A DNA stretch of 64,000 nt from Octopus sinensis (GCF_006345805.1 NC_043014.1:38502001-38566000); one strand, 5' to 3'. Shown: positions 1 through 10,289, numbered from the stretch's first letter. The notes: generated by a model not told the origin, from the letters alone. Translations and numbers: made by a program.

Positions 1-559
1 CATCCATAACTTTTGTATTATCCTCTCAAATTACACCAAAATCTCAGGCAATAACAGATAATATCGTATTTATTGTCTGTGAAAATTATAGAATATAAAA
101 CAACTTTGATAAAAAATTATATCTACTTTTCTGACGAAAACAATGCCGTTCTGAACATTTTGGCCGCAACTGCACATATGTAACTCATTTGTATATATTA
201 AGATTTTGCGGTGAATGTTTTACGGTTTATGCTTTTTGCGTATGTGTTTTTATTGGTATATACGTCTATCCGCGTATGTATGTGTATGTGTGTATAGACT
301 ACGTTTTGTATATCCTCGTATGTATGTGTATGTGCGTATAGAGATGTGTATATGAACATAACGATGCGCGCTTAAAAATAAATTTTCAGACGCAAAGTTG
401 TGTGTTTTAAGGGATGTTTAGCTGCTGTTTCTAGCACATCATACGTCTTGATGTGATACTCTACCAAATTGTTTTTTTGTCATAGCTAGATTCTCTTTAC
501 ACACAAAACATTAAATAAACAAAGTAAAATGGTCCAAGTTGTATGTAATACGTTTGTAT

Positions 560-852
560 TATATTCTAATAATCGAGAGTACAGTTATATATTGAATATT
601 TTATACAGAAACGACTCCGCGCCCTTGCGTGTGTGTGCATGTGCGTGTGCGTTATTCATTCATTTCGTAACTGAGCGCGAGAGAAATAAAGAAAACTTGC
701 TCGAAATGACAATCGAAATATGGTCGCGAAATTCGGTTCGCTAAAAAATATATTTAAAGGCGGGAGAGATGCATGAATGTAGCATTAAACAGTAGACATT
801 TAAACTGTGAGGTAAATAAAGAATAAAAACATCGATAAAGATTGCTCAATTA
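560..852 (+). repeat. Interspersed repeat copy, left member of an inverted pair around the U1 gene
   Basis: TATATTCTAATAATCGAGAG...GAAACGACTCCGCGCCC...GTAGCATTAAACAG...CCTCCCTTG is the reverse complement of ~2115-2410, with small indels. Confidence 0.8.
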
Positions 853-1116
853 CCTCCCTTGAATAATGACGTTTTCTTGAAGAAATCAGTTATGAAAGAA
901 TGTTTAATTAATAAATTGTAAAATTTAGACAAAAAAAGCAAATTATATAAAAGTACTTTCATCAAACAATTATAAATGATGAAATAAATAAAATACTTCA
1001 AAAATTCTTTCATTTCTTTTTAGTGTAAATAATAAAATGGAATATATTCTTTATATAACATCAGTCAATGAGTTTGTCATTAAGAGAATATAATAAAAAT
1101 CGTTAGGCGAGAAAGC

Positions 1117-1280
1117 ATACTTACCTGGCACAGGGGTAAACCATGATCATCAAGGTGGTTCTCCCAGAGTGAGGCCCTTCCATTGCACTCCGGTTGGGTT
1201 GACCTTTGCGATCGCCCCAAATGTGGGCGACTCGGGTGCGCTATTTCTAAGTGTGGGGTCTGCGTTCGCGCTCACCCCGT
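1117..1280 (+). ncRNA. RNU1: U1 spliceosomal snRNA (divergent variant)
   Basis: 164 nt beginning ATACTTACCTG, the 5' splice-site recognition sequence. Loop I reads GATCATCAAG, loop II ATTGCAC (U1A site), stem-loop III TCGCCC-CAAATGT-GGGCGA, and terminal stem-loop IV GGGG..GCG-TTCG-CGC..CCCC. A 3'-box-like AAAGAACAGA follows about 10 nt downstream. Confidence 0.93.
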
Positions 1281-1552
1281 AAATGAAACAAAGAACAGAC
1301 TGAACAATCCCTCTCCTAATAATCTATGTTGCATTTTATTAACACAGATGTGATAGAATGGCATGACGTGTACATATGTACTACCTTCCGTCATTGGATT
1401 GTGCCCAAGCTGGAGCCACGAAGGGTGGAATGTCAATCCCATTTCATTTACTGCATCACTTTAAAGTTGATTCCCGGAGTGGATATAGACTGTTCCAATT
1501 TGTAATGTTCGGTGAAGGGATCAGTTTTCATTATAACAATTTTATTAACAAG

Positions 1553-2095
1553 AAAAAAAGGATCTTTTCGGTTTGAACGGCAGTTTTTTAAAATAGTTTC
1601 TAGGTAACCAAAAAGTTCTAAACTTCGTATACTGGTAGAATGTGTTTATAAAACATCTTTTTCTCTTGGCTTTATTGAGAAAATTCTATAGTTTGTAAGA
1701 TGTTTGGTCTTTAATTTCGGCAATTTTAACCAATCAATGGCGTCTATTGAGGTAAAAAAAGAAAAAAAAACATTCTGTGCCTTATGATATGTCCCTCGAT
1801 TAAGAAATAGATTGGGTTTATTTACATTTGTGAAGAAAAAAAGGATACCCTTCCCCCCACCCCTAAAACAGATTGAAATGCAATAGATCGATACTAGGGT
1901 CATAATTATGGGTGACAATTTCATATAACACCGCTAGAAAAAACTAGCATTTTCTAGCGGTGTCGTATGAAATTGTCACCCATAATTATGACCCTAGTAT
2001 CGATCTATTGCATTTCAATCTGTTTTAGGGTTAGGGGTGGGAGGAAGGGTATTTCTTCAGAAATGTAAATAAACCCAATCTGTTTCTTAAAGGGT
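1553..2095. mobile_element. Foldback/palindromic non-autonomous DNA element, right arm truncated
   Basis: Hairpin centred at ~1945 (ACACCGCTAGAAAA...TTTTCTAGCGGTGT). Same family as the complete copy at 44680-45508. Confidence 0.8.
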
Positions 2096-2114
2096 ATCAC
2101 TAATTTACATCCAC

Positions 2115-2410
2115 ACTACAAGGGAGGCAACTGTGTTATGTGTGTTTTTATTTCTATATACGTTTTCCGCGTATGTCTCCTGTTTAATGCTACTTTCATG
2201 CATCTCTCCTGCCTTTAGGTATATTTTTTTAGCGACCCCGAATTTCGCAACCATATTTTGATTGCGTTTTCGAGCAACTTTTCTTTATTTTTCTCGCGCT
2301 CAGTTACGAAATGAATGAATAACACGCACGCACGCACATGCACACACACGCACGGGCGCGGAGTCGTTTCTGTATAAAATATTCAATACTCTCGATTATT
2401 AGAATATAGA
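2115..2410 (-). repeat. Interspersed repeat copy, right member of the inverted pair around U1
   Basis: Reverse complement of ~560-852. Confidence 0.8.
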
Positions 2411-3192
2411 CGGATCTATAGCAAAGTCTTATTGTTTCTACATATATATTAGGAAAAACCTACAAACTTTGTTTTCATGTTATTGTATTGCATAGGATTA
2501 CCTTGATTATTTATATTACCTTGATTATTTATAAATGACCCAAAATAGGATGTTATATTTTATTTTATGTCTTTCGTATATATTTTTATTAATGCACCCA
2601 TTTTTTAAAAGCAATGTTTTTTTTAAAAAAAGCAATGTTGTCAAAATTAGAATGTTTATATAAGTATGTGTATAGCAAAGCATATGTATTTGTAAGCATG
2701 CGTATCTGTGTATGTGTAAGTGAAAGTATGCTTGTGCTTAAGCACGCATACACACGACGGTATGTATATGTATCAATTCAAACTTGTGTATGTATACTGG
2801 CCTCTATAGATGCCAATAACATCGCTACAAGTTTTTTCCCCACCCCTCCTTCGTTCCTTTTCCTCTCTTTCCCTTTCTTTCGTTCCCCCTCCTTGCTCAG
2901 TATATGAGAATTGCTACATAGATGAATTTTAGCTTGCGTGCGAGACGGTTTGCGTGAATATATGTACACATGCTTTTATGTGTATAATTTAGATTCATAT
3001 TCATACGTCTGTATATGTATGTATGGCGTTTACGCGCATCCTTTTGTGTATGTTGATATATATATGTGGATTTTAATATAAATATGTATTGCAGTATTTA
3101 TAACAGGTTTAATTTCTATGCATTAATTTGTACTGTCTTCATTAACGGCAATAGGTTTTTTCCTCGGATTTTATAATTTTTATAAGTTTTTT

Positions 3193-3641
3193 TATATATA
3201 TACTAGCAGCATAGCCCGGCGTTGCCCGGGTATGTAAGAGCCCCTAGTAGGCAACGACTAATCCCAATCTAGTCCTTTCCCTCTAGGGAACGAAGGCGCA
3301 TGTGTAGGTTGCAATGTCTTCTCTTCACTCGAATACTTCTGTGTATATGATGTTCCTAGCTGTCCCTTTGGGCGATAAAATGGTCGAGTTGTGTCCCCTA
3401 GGCAGAAAATGTGTTGCATAAAAAAAGCTTAGATTCTCGACCCCATGTCGAATTTATCGATTTTTTTCAGAACTGGGGGAACTTTTCAAAATTTTCGCTG
3501 CGTTAGTTTTGAATTATGACATTGGGCTATGTGTGTGTCAAGTTTCATCAGAATCGGTTGAAAGCCGTGGTCAGGGTGAGGGTACGAGAAAACAGACACA
3601 CAGAAAACGCACAGACAAACTGCCGTTTATATATAGAGAGA
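3193..3641 (+). mobile_element. Helentron/HINE (DINE-1-like) non-autonomous element
   Basis: 5' ACTAG...CCCGGCGTTGCCCGGG subterminal palindrome, 3' ACAGAC-type microsatellite, and a TTTATATATAGAG end in a T/TA-rich site, as in HINE/DINE-1 elements. Confidence 0.65.
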
Positions 3642-3783
3642 TACATATATTTTTGACCTTTTTGTTTATCGCTCGAAGATTGACCGTTTTTTCTAAAGGG
3701 CCAATCAAACAAGTCCATTTCTTTTTAAAGGTGTAGCGTTTGTAAGAGTATAGATTGAATTAATATATAAGTTCCATTCTAGC

Positions 3784-3831
3784 AAAAACTGTCTGATGAA
3801 CGGCAACGAGAAACTCAGAGTAACAGATTTT
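3784..3831 (+). ncRNA. Minimal type-I hammerhead ribozyme motif in a Penelope-type terminal fragment
   Basis: AAAAACTGT-CTGATGA-ACG GCAA CGA-GAAA-C TCAGA G-TA-ACAGATTTT: full catalytic core, stem I CTGT/ACAG, GUA cleavage triplet at 3820-3822. Stem II is weak. Confidence 0.6.
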
Positions 3832-3982
3832 GTTGAATTTTCTGCTGCTTAAAATAAAGCATATTACTCTACCACTGGTATTTGAGTACTCTTTTTTCCA
3901 CCTTGTTTCACATTTATGTGTTTACTCCGGTCTATATATATATATATATATATATACAATATGTTACATTACTCGGTAGTCA

Positions 3983-4045
3983 AGATAAAACTCTGAGTTT
4001 CAGATGCCGAAGTGGAAATCCACAACACCATCTCTTCGGTTATCT
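3983..4045 (-). ncRNA. Hammerhead ribozyme motif, mirror copy in the inverted pLTR
   Basis: Reverse complement of the motif at 6242-6305. Confidence 0.6.
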
Positions 4046-4491
4046 GGCTATTTGAAAACGTTATGAAAAAATACCGTTAAAAAAGAAGGGAAATTACTCT
4101 GTTATAACTCTGCTTTGCCTGCGTACTTATACATCGCTCGCATTTTTCGTCATAAAAATTATATAAAAATACATAAAAATATATAAAAATATATAAAAAT
4201 ATATAAAATCTTCTTGGGACATAACACAGAAAGCATGTTCTATCCGTTTTCTTTAGGGGACCAAAAATGTAACAGAAATTTAGTCACATGTGGGCATGAT
4301 CCGAAAAGCTCTGTCCTTGTATTTAGACATGTGGTAGGGTCTAAGCTGCTTTTCCAGATAAGCCATCTCTCCATGTCGCATAAACCGCACCTTCCGCTGC
4401 CGTTAGTATAGGGCTTACATCTGGCCAAAATCTTCCATTGTATGTTATAATCGACACCTTTATCTCTTAAAGACCAAATATGATTGGATAA

Positions 4492-6078
4492 GAGGCCTTT
4501 ATTACTATTAAAGATCACAAAGAAAACTTCCTTTCCAACCCTAAATGTAGGCTTATCAACCCAGCCAAGTCAGAACTAGGGATTATTAGCAAAGAAATTT
4601 TAGATAAAATAAATACGAAAATTAAGACCGATACTAGGCTAGTGCAATGGTCCAATAGTATAGAAGTTGTAGACTGGTTTAAAGCTATTAAGAATAAGAA
4701 AAAAGCGAGGTTTACACAATTCGATATTGTTGATTTTTATGCCTCTATCTCTAAAGAACTGCTAGATAAAGCCCTAATCTTCGCTAGTGACTTCATAGAA
4801 ATTAGTACCAATGATAAGGATATAATCTTCCATGCTAGAAAGACATTACTTTTCAGTGAGAATGCAAAGTGGGTAAAAAACACCGACACGGAGGGCGCTT
4901 TCGATGTGAGCATGGGTTCATATGATGGGGCAGGCATCTGTGATCTAATTGGACTCTTTCTCCTAGATACCTTCGGTAAGACATTCCCTAACGTACATTT
5001 CGCCATCTACAAAGATGATGCCCTCGCCTTAACAGCTAATACAAATGGACCAGCACAAGATCGTTTTAGGAAGGATATTATCCAGTTAATGAAACACTTC
5101 GGACTTAGTATAACTATAGACACTAACCTGACGGTTGTCAATTTCTTAGACGTTTCCTTAGATCTTAATAGTAATATTTATAAGCCTTATAGGAAGCCCA
5201 ATGATAGACTAAGTTATATTAATGTAGGTTCATGCCATCCCCCTATAGTATTCAAAAATTTAGTTAAAAATATTAGTAAGAGGATTTCTAGCCTCTCATC
5301 TAATGAGGACATCTTCAATAGCGTTGCCCCAGTTTATAATAAAGCTTTAAAAGATAGTGGTTTTAGCGAAAAAATAAAATATACACCTATCACCAGCCCA
5401 ACAGTAAGGAAAAGGAATAATAGAAATAGGAAGGTCATCTGGTTTACGCCCCCTTACTCACCCGAGGTGGCCTTCAATATAGGTAAATATTTCCTAGCAC
5501 TGATAGATAGACATTTTCCAGTTAACCATGCTTATAGGAAACTCTTCAATAGACACAATTTAAAAATTAGTTTTAGTTCAACTACCAATTTTAAAAACAT
5601 AATCAATCATAACATACAAAAAACACAAGAAGAAAACAGCTGTTCATGCAGGAATAAAGAATTGTGCCCGCTAAATATCATATATGAAGCTACCGTAAAC
5701 TCTATAACCACTAAAGACACCGTTTCGACGAAGAAATACGTGGGCCTGACAGAGGGTAATTTCAAGGCCAGGTTCAATAACCACACTTTGAGCTTTAGGC
5801 ACTGGAACAAAAGAAAAGCGACACAATTATCCAATCATATTTGGTCTTTAAGAGATAAAGGTGTCGATTATAACATACAATGGAAGATTTTGGCCAGATG
5901 TAAGCCCTATACTAACGGCAGCGGAAGGTGCAGTTTATGCGACATGGAGAGATGGCTTATCTGGAAAAGCAGCTTAGACCCTACCACATGTCTAAATACA
6001 AGGACAGAGCTTTTCGGATCATGCCCACATGTGACTAAATTTCTGTTACGTTTTTGGTCCCCTAAAGAAAACGGATAG
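4492..6078 (+). CDS. Penelope-like reverse transcriptase plus C-terminal GIY-YIG endonuclease (N-terminally truncated)
   Basis: Frame is open from the inversion junction (AFITIKDHKENF...). RT motifs QFDIVDFY, SMGSYDGA, YKDD and VNFLDV are present. A Cys linker CSCRNKELCPL precedes the GIY-YIG motif KYVGLTEGNFKARFNNH, followed by CSLC...CPH. Includes track ORF 4642..6078. Confidence 0.9.
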   Translation, partial: EAFITIKDHKENFLSNPKCRLINPAKSELGIISKEILDKINTKIKTDTRLVQWSNSIEVVDWFKAIKNKKKARFTQFDIVDFYASISKELLDKALIFASDFIEISTNDKDIIFHARKTLLFSENAKWVKNTDTEGAFDVSMGSYDGAGICDLIGLFLLDTFGKTFPNVHFAIYKDDALALTANTNGPAQDRFRKDIIQLMKHFGLSITIDTNLTVVNFLDVSLDLNSNIYKPYRKPNDRLSYINVGSCHPPIVFKNLVKNISKRISSLSSNEDIFNSVAPVYNKALKDSGFSEKIKYTPITSPTVRKRNNRNRKVIWFTPPYSPEVAFNIGKYFLALIDRHFPVNHAYRKLFNRHNLKISFSSTTNFKNIINHNIQKTQEENSCSCRNKELCPLNIIYEATVNSITTKDTVSTKKYVGLTEGNFKARFNNHTLSFRHWNKRKATQLSNHIWSLRDKGVDYNIQWKILARCKPYTNGSGRCSLCDMERWLIWKSSLDPTTCLNTRTELFGSCPHVTKFLLRFWSPKENG

Positions 6079-6241
6079 AACATGCTTTCTGTGTTATGTC
6101 CCAAGAAGATTTTATATATTTTTATATAATTTTTATGACGAAAAATGCGAGCGATGTATAAGTACGCAGGCAAAGCAGAGTTATAACAGAGTAATTTCCC
6201 TTCATTTTTAACGGTATTTTTTCATAACGTTTTCAAATAGC

Positions 6242-6305
6242 CAGATAACCGAAGAGATGGTGTTGTGGATTTCCACTTCGGCATCTGAAACTCAGAGTTT
6301 TATCT
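6242..6305 (+). ncRNA. Hammerhead ribozyme motif in the Penelope pLTR (CCGAAGA core variant)
   Basis: AGATAA-CCGAAGA-GATG...GTGG ATTT CCAC...CATC-T-GAAA-C TCAGA G-TT-TTATCT: stem I AGATAA/TTATCT, stem II GATG/CATC, predicted GUU cleavage after 6299. Confidence 0.62.
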
Positions 6306-6401
6306 TGACTACCGAGTAATGTAACATATTGTATAGATAAATTTCCTCTATTTACATAATATTGAGGTCTCTTTCTTTCTTTTGTTATCTTACCTTTTTA
6401 T

Positions 6402-6521
<120 letters not shown>

Positions 6522-6631
6522 ATACATGTATGTGTGCGTGTATATGTGCGCATATGCGGATTCTATGAATGAAGTATTACTTCCACCATGCCTGTTTCCC
6601 TTCATTCAACGTTCTTTTTTTTCATCGCGTT

Positions 6632-6706
6632 TTGTCTTAATAACTGATGAGATGCCGGAGCAGACTGTAGCTGCGGAATCCGAAACTCCGAGTTTTATTA
6701 TGACAA
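6632..6706 (+). ncRNA. Minimal type-I hammerhead ribozyme motif in a related Penelope terminal fragment (~6545-6790)
   Basis: TTGTCTTAATAA-CTGATGA-GAT..GCAG..CTGC..ATC-C-GAAA-C TCCGA G-TT-TTATTATGACAA: canonical core, ~11-bp stem I, predicted cleavage after 6694. Confidence 0.72.
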
Positions 6707-6855
6707 TAAACTAATTGTCACATATATTTATAGATTAATTCCTCTCTTTTACATAATATCGAGGTCTCATTCATTCTTTTGTTGTCATATGATATATATA
6801 TATATATAATGTATGTAAACAATATATGTGTGTGTATATACACACATATACATAT

Positions 6856-6903
<48 letters not shown>

Positions 6904-7209
6904 TATATATATGGGTGCGTGTGTGTGTTTGGGTAAAGAATATATAAATATATACTCTTTATCCAAACACACATACACCATCACAAGTACATAATATATA
7001 CATGAGTGTTTATGGGGGGAAAACATTCCGACTCACCTTTTTCACTACAGATAACTCATATTTTTAAAGGGGTATACGCACGTGCACGCAGATAAACACA
7101 CGCACGTGTACACGGACACGCACGCACACACACACACAGCCATTGATATAATTTACTGTTTCTATTAATAGAGATTAGCAGTTGTTTGTTAATGTTTACC
7201 TGTTTGTTT

Positions 7210-7522
7210 ACTCTTTACTCTCTTTTACTCTTTTACTTGTTTCAGTCCTTAGATTGCGGCCATGCTGGAGCACCGCCTTTAGTCGAGCAAATCGACCCCG
7301 GGACTTATTCTTTGTAAGCCCAGTACTTATTCTATCGTACACAAACATACACGCACATACATATATATACATATATACGACGGGCTTCTTTCAGTTTCCG
7401 TCTACCAAATCCACTCACAAGGCTTTGGTCGGCCCGAGGCTATAGTAGAAGACACTTGCCCAAGGTGCCACGCAGTGGAACTGAACCCGGAACCATGTGG
7501 TTGGTAAACAAGCTACTTATCA
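7210..7522 (-). mobile_element. tRNA-derived SINE, family A (GGAGTGGCTGTGTGGTAAG head, GTAAAAGA-type tail)
   Basis: Matches the copies at 31205-31572 and 52871-53281. Confidence 0.85.
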
Positions 7523-7811
7523 CGCACGCACACGCACACATACACACACACACACAGCCTTTGATATAATTTACTGTTTCTATTAATAGAGATTAGCAGT
7601 TGTTTGTTAATGTTTACCTGTTTGTTTGTTCGAAAATATTCGAAAACATGATTTCTAAAATACACCGTCAATCGATTTGAAAGAAAGGTTAAGTACATTA
7701 CTGGTATTTATTACATTAGGATTCTTCCTTCTTAGATTAGGTTATTTTTCACTAGGTCTCAACACTGATCATAAAGCAAAACCCTTTTTAACAAAGATAT
7801 TTCTGTCTCGT

Positions 7812-8085
7812 GAAGGCGCGTGGCCTAGTGGTTAGAGTGTTGCACTCGCAATCGTTTGATCTTAGGTTCGATTCCTGGACCGGAAACTTCATTTCATGTT
7901 GTTTCAGACCACTCAGCTATAAATGGATGAAACCTTGCGACGGAGTGGCCTTCCGATCAGAGAGAATGTTGGTTGGCTCGCTTAACTAGCGGTGTGGTAC
8001 CGTTCGAAAGCTAAAACCGGACAAAGTGCATTGTGAAAAGAGATGTATAAAAACATCCGATAGTCTGGTCAACCATGTGATCAAG
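7812..8085 (+). mobile_element. tRNA-derived SINE, family D (degenerate)
   Basis: GGCGCGTGGCCTAGTGGTTAG A-box and GGTTCGATTCC B-box. The body resembles 56012-56306. Confidence 0.7.
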
Positions 8086-8176
8086 TGATTTCTGTCTTAA
8101 CCAACTGTCTTTTCCGTATTATATTACCCAGTATTTCTTTCCATTAGACCAGGTGTCGACCAAGGGGTTCAATATT

Positions 8177-8550
8177 CTTTTCTACTTTAGGCATAAGGCC
8201 TGAAATTTGGGGGGAAGGGGCCAGTCGATTAGGTTGATCAGTATGCAACTGGTACTTATTTATCGACCCCGAAAGGATGAAAGGCAAAGTCGACCTCGGC
8301 GGAATTTGAACTCAGGATGTATTGACAGACGAAATACCTATTTCTTTACTACCCACAAGGGGCTAAACACAGAGGGGACAAACAAGGACAGCCAAACGGA
8401 TTAAGTCGATTACATCGACCACAGTGCGTAACTGGTACTTAATTTATCGACCCCGAAAGGATGAAAGGCAAAGTCGACCTCGACGGAATTTGAACTCAGA
8501 ACGTAACGGCAGACGAAATACGGCTACGCATTTCACCCGGCTCGCCGCCT
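8177..8550 (-). mobile_element. SINE family B, dimeric
   Basis: Two copies of GGTATTTCGTCTG...GAGTTCAAATTCCG..GAGGTCGACTTTGCCTTTCATCCTTTCGGGGTCGATAAA on the minus strand. Confidence 0.85.
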
Positions 8551-8560
8551 TAAAGATACA

Positions 8561-8634
8561 TGGTAAGTATGGGGCTCGAACCCATGACATTTGCGTTATT
8601 AGCACGACGCTCTAACCACTTGGATTAACCGGCC
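8561..8634 (-). pseudogene. tRNA-Ile(AAT) pseudogene
   Basis: GGCCGGTTAATCCAAGTGGTTAGAGCGTCGTGCT-AAT-AACGCAAATGTCATGGGTTCGAGCCCCATACTTACCA is collinear with metazoan tRNA-Ile-AAT. The T-arm is intact, but the acceptor, D and anticodon stems carry mismatches. Confidence 0.8.
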
Positions 8635-9948
8635 TCCGTCCAAGGGGTTCAATATTGACGTCTGGCGGCCTGTGTAACTATCTAATGAGTCGTCAATGAC
8701 TTGAAGCGATTTTGAGCATTAAGACTACTGAATTGTTAACGAAGTGGATCTGGAAGAGCGTGGTATTTCCAACCAAATAAGATTGGATTAACTAGCATCC
8801 ACCAAACGTACTTGACATTAAAAATTCCAATTATATCAATATAACATAATTGAGTTTTGATTGGTCTTAATAAATCTCGCTAAGTATTATCATTAAATTT
8901 CTCTAAACATTTCATATTTAAAATGGTAATAACACACACAAAAAGAAAAAAAAAACAATTACGAGATTTCTTATTAATTATTCACTTCACTAACAATTTA
9001 GAAACTTGATGGGTCCGACTACCTTTTTCACATTACAATGCCCAATATTCCTTTATTTAAACCAGACGTCAGCAAAGTGATCGATATTGAACTCTAATAG
9101 CACAAAAATACTTCACTAATTCTAAAACAAAAAAATAGATGTCTGGAAAACACTACCTAATGTATACAGTCAATTTACATATTGAGATTTCTTCTTCTGT
9201 TGGCATGCAAGATACACTCGGATCTAAATAATTTTGCACTGATTCATTTTCATTTAGTTTCTTTCTTGGCTCTATAATATTCAAACAGAGCGTTATTAGA
9301 TTGGTTCTGTGTTTTGCATCATTTTATATACATATAGTCAACAAATGAGATTCAGAGATGGTCAATACAGAAAACACTTAGTAGCGCTAAATGATTTGAA
9401 CTTACACACCTAAATCTATACCGAGGACCAAGTCAGCAGAGTAAAGACTGGCTATAAGAGGAATGTAGGTGAGCATTAATTTTTTCTTTAATGAGAGTAC
9501 ATCATAATAAATGTTTTTCCAAATTACGAATTAAAAATTTAAAGAATGTAGCTGGGTTAATTTGCAAACTTGGTGAATTGAAAATAATAAAAAACTTTTA
9601 TAAAAAATTTTTTACAACATACGAGTTGTCGACCTTGGGCAGAGTAACCTCCCTTGCATTTATTTCCTTGTCATATTTGTTTATTCATTTATGTCTTTTG
9701 TGGGTTTTCTGCGATGAACAGTAAACAACTTCAAGACTTCTGCGGCGTAGATTCCCAGGTAAATAACAATTTTTGAGGCAAAATACCTTTGAAATGTATA
9801 CTCGAATTTATATTTATTTATATGTATAACAATTTCTATTCTTCGTTTCTTTAGTACATACGAATTATCATTCGCTTGAAACAAAATATCCTCGATTTTA
9901 AAAATATGATTCACTTTATCAACTCCATCTTCGTTTGGTACTACTAGC

Positions 9949-10137
9949 GAACAGTGGTCCCGGTGCGCGCACTCGCGCTAGCTAGTTGTAAGTAGTCGAT
10001 CCTACAACGACTTTTTAACCCTAAGCCTAACCCTAGTTTGTTTTTAAAAATAATTTATAATACAAACCTACGCGCAAGTCGTTGTAGGATCGACTACTTA
10101 CGACTAGCTAGTGCGAGTACGCGCACCGGGACCATTC
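9949..10137. mobile_element. MITE with ~60-bp terminal inverted repeats
   Basis: GAACAGTGGTCCCGGTGCGCGCAC...GTCGATCCTACAACGACT and its reverse complement at the right end. Confidence 0.85.
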
Positions 10138-10289
10138 TCATTACTTTAAAAGGTAAAAAACTTCAACTAATAAAACTAAGGTTTAAAAGTATACGATAGT
10201 GCGTGTGTGTGTGTGTAGTTGCTGTGAGAAATTATTTCGCCTATCGTTGACTAGCCTGACTCTTTTACAGTAAGATAAGAGTTTTTAAT

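Noticed and set aside
4240-4518. 92-aa minus-strand ORF resembling a GIY-YIG C-terminus as a separate gene
   Set aside because: It is the inverted pseudo-LTR copy of the Penelope ORF's 3' end.
8561-8634. Functional tRNA-Ile(AAT) gene
   Set aside because: There are two mismatches in the acceptor stem, a disrupted D stem and a C-A mismatch in the anticodon stem. There is no T-run terminator, and it lies inside a TSD-flanked insertion.
9170-9240. Possible small minus-strand coding exon (QNYLDPSVSCMPTEEEISI)
   Set aside because: No recognisable homology, and I could not assemble in-frame neighbouring exons.
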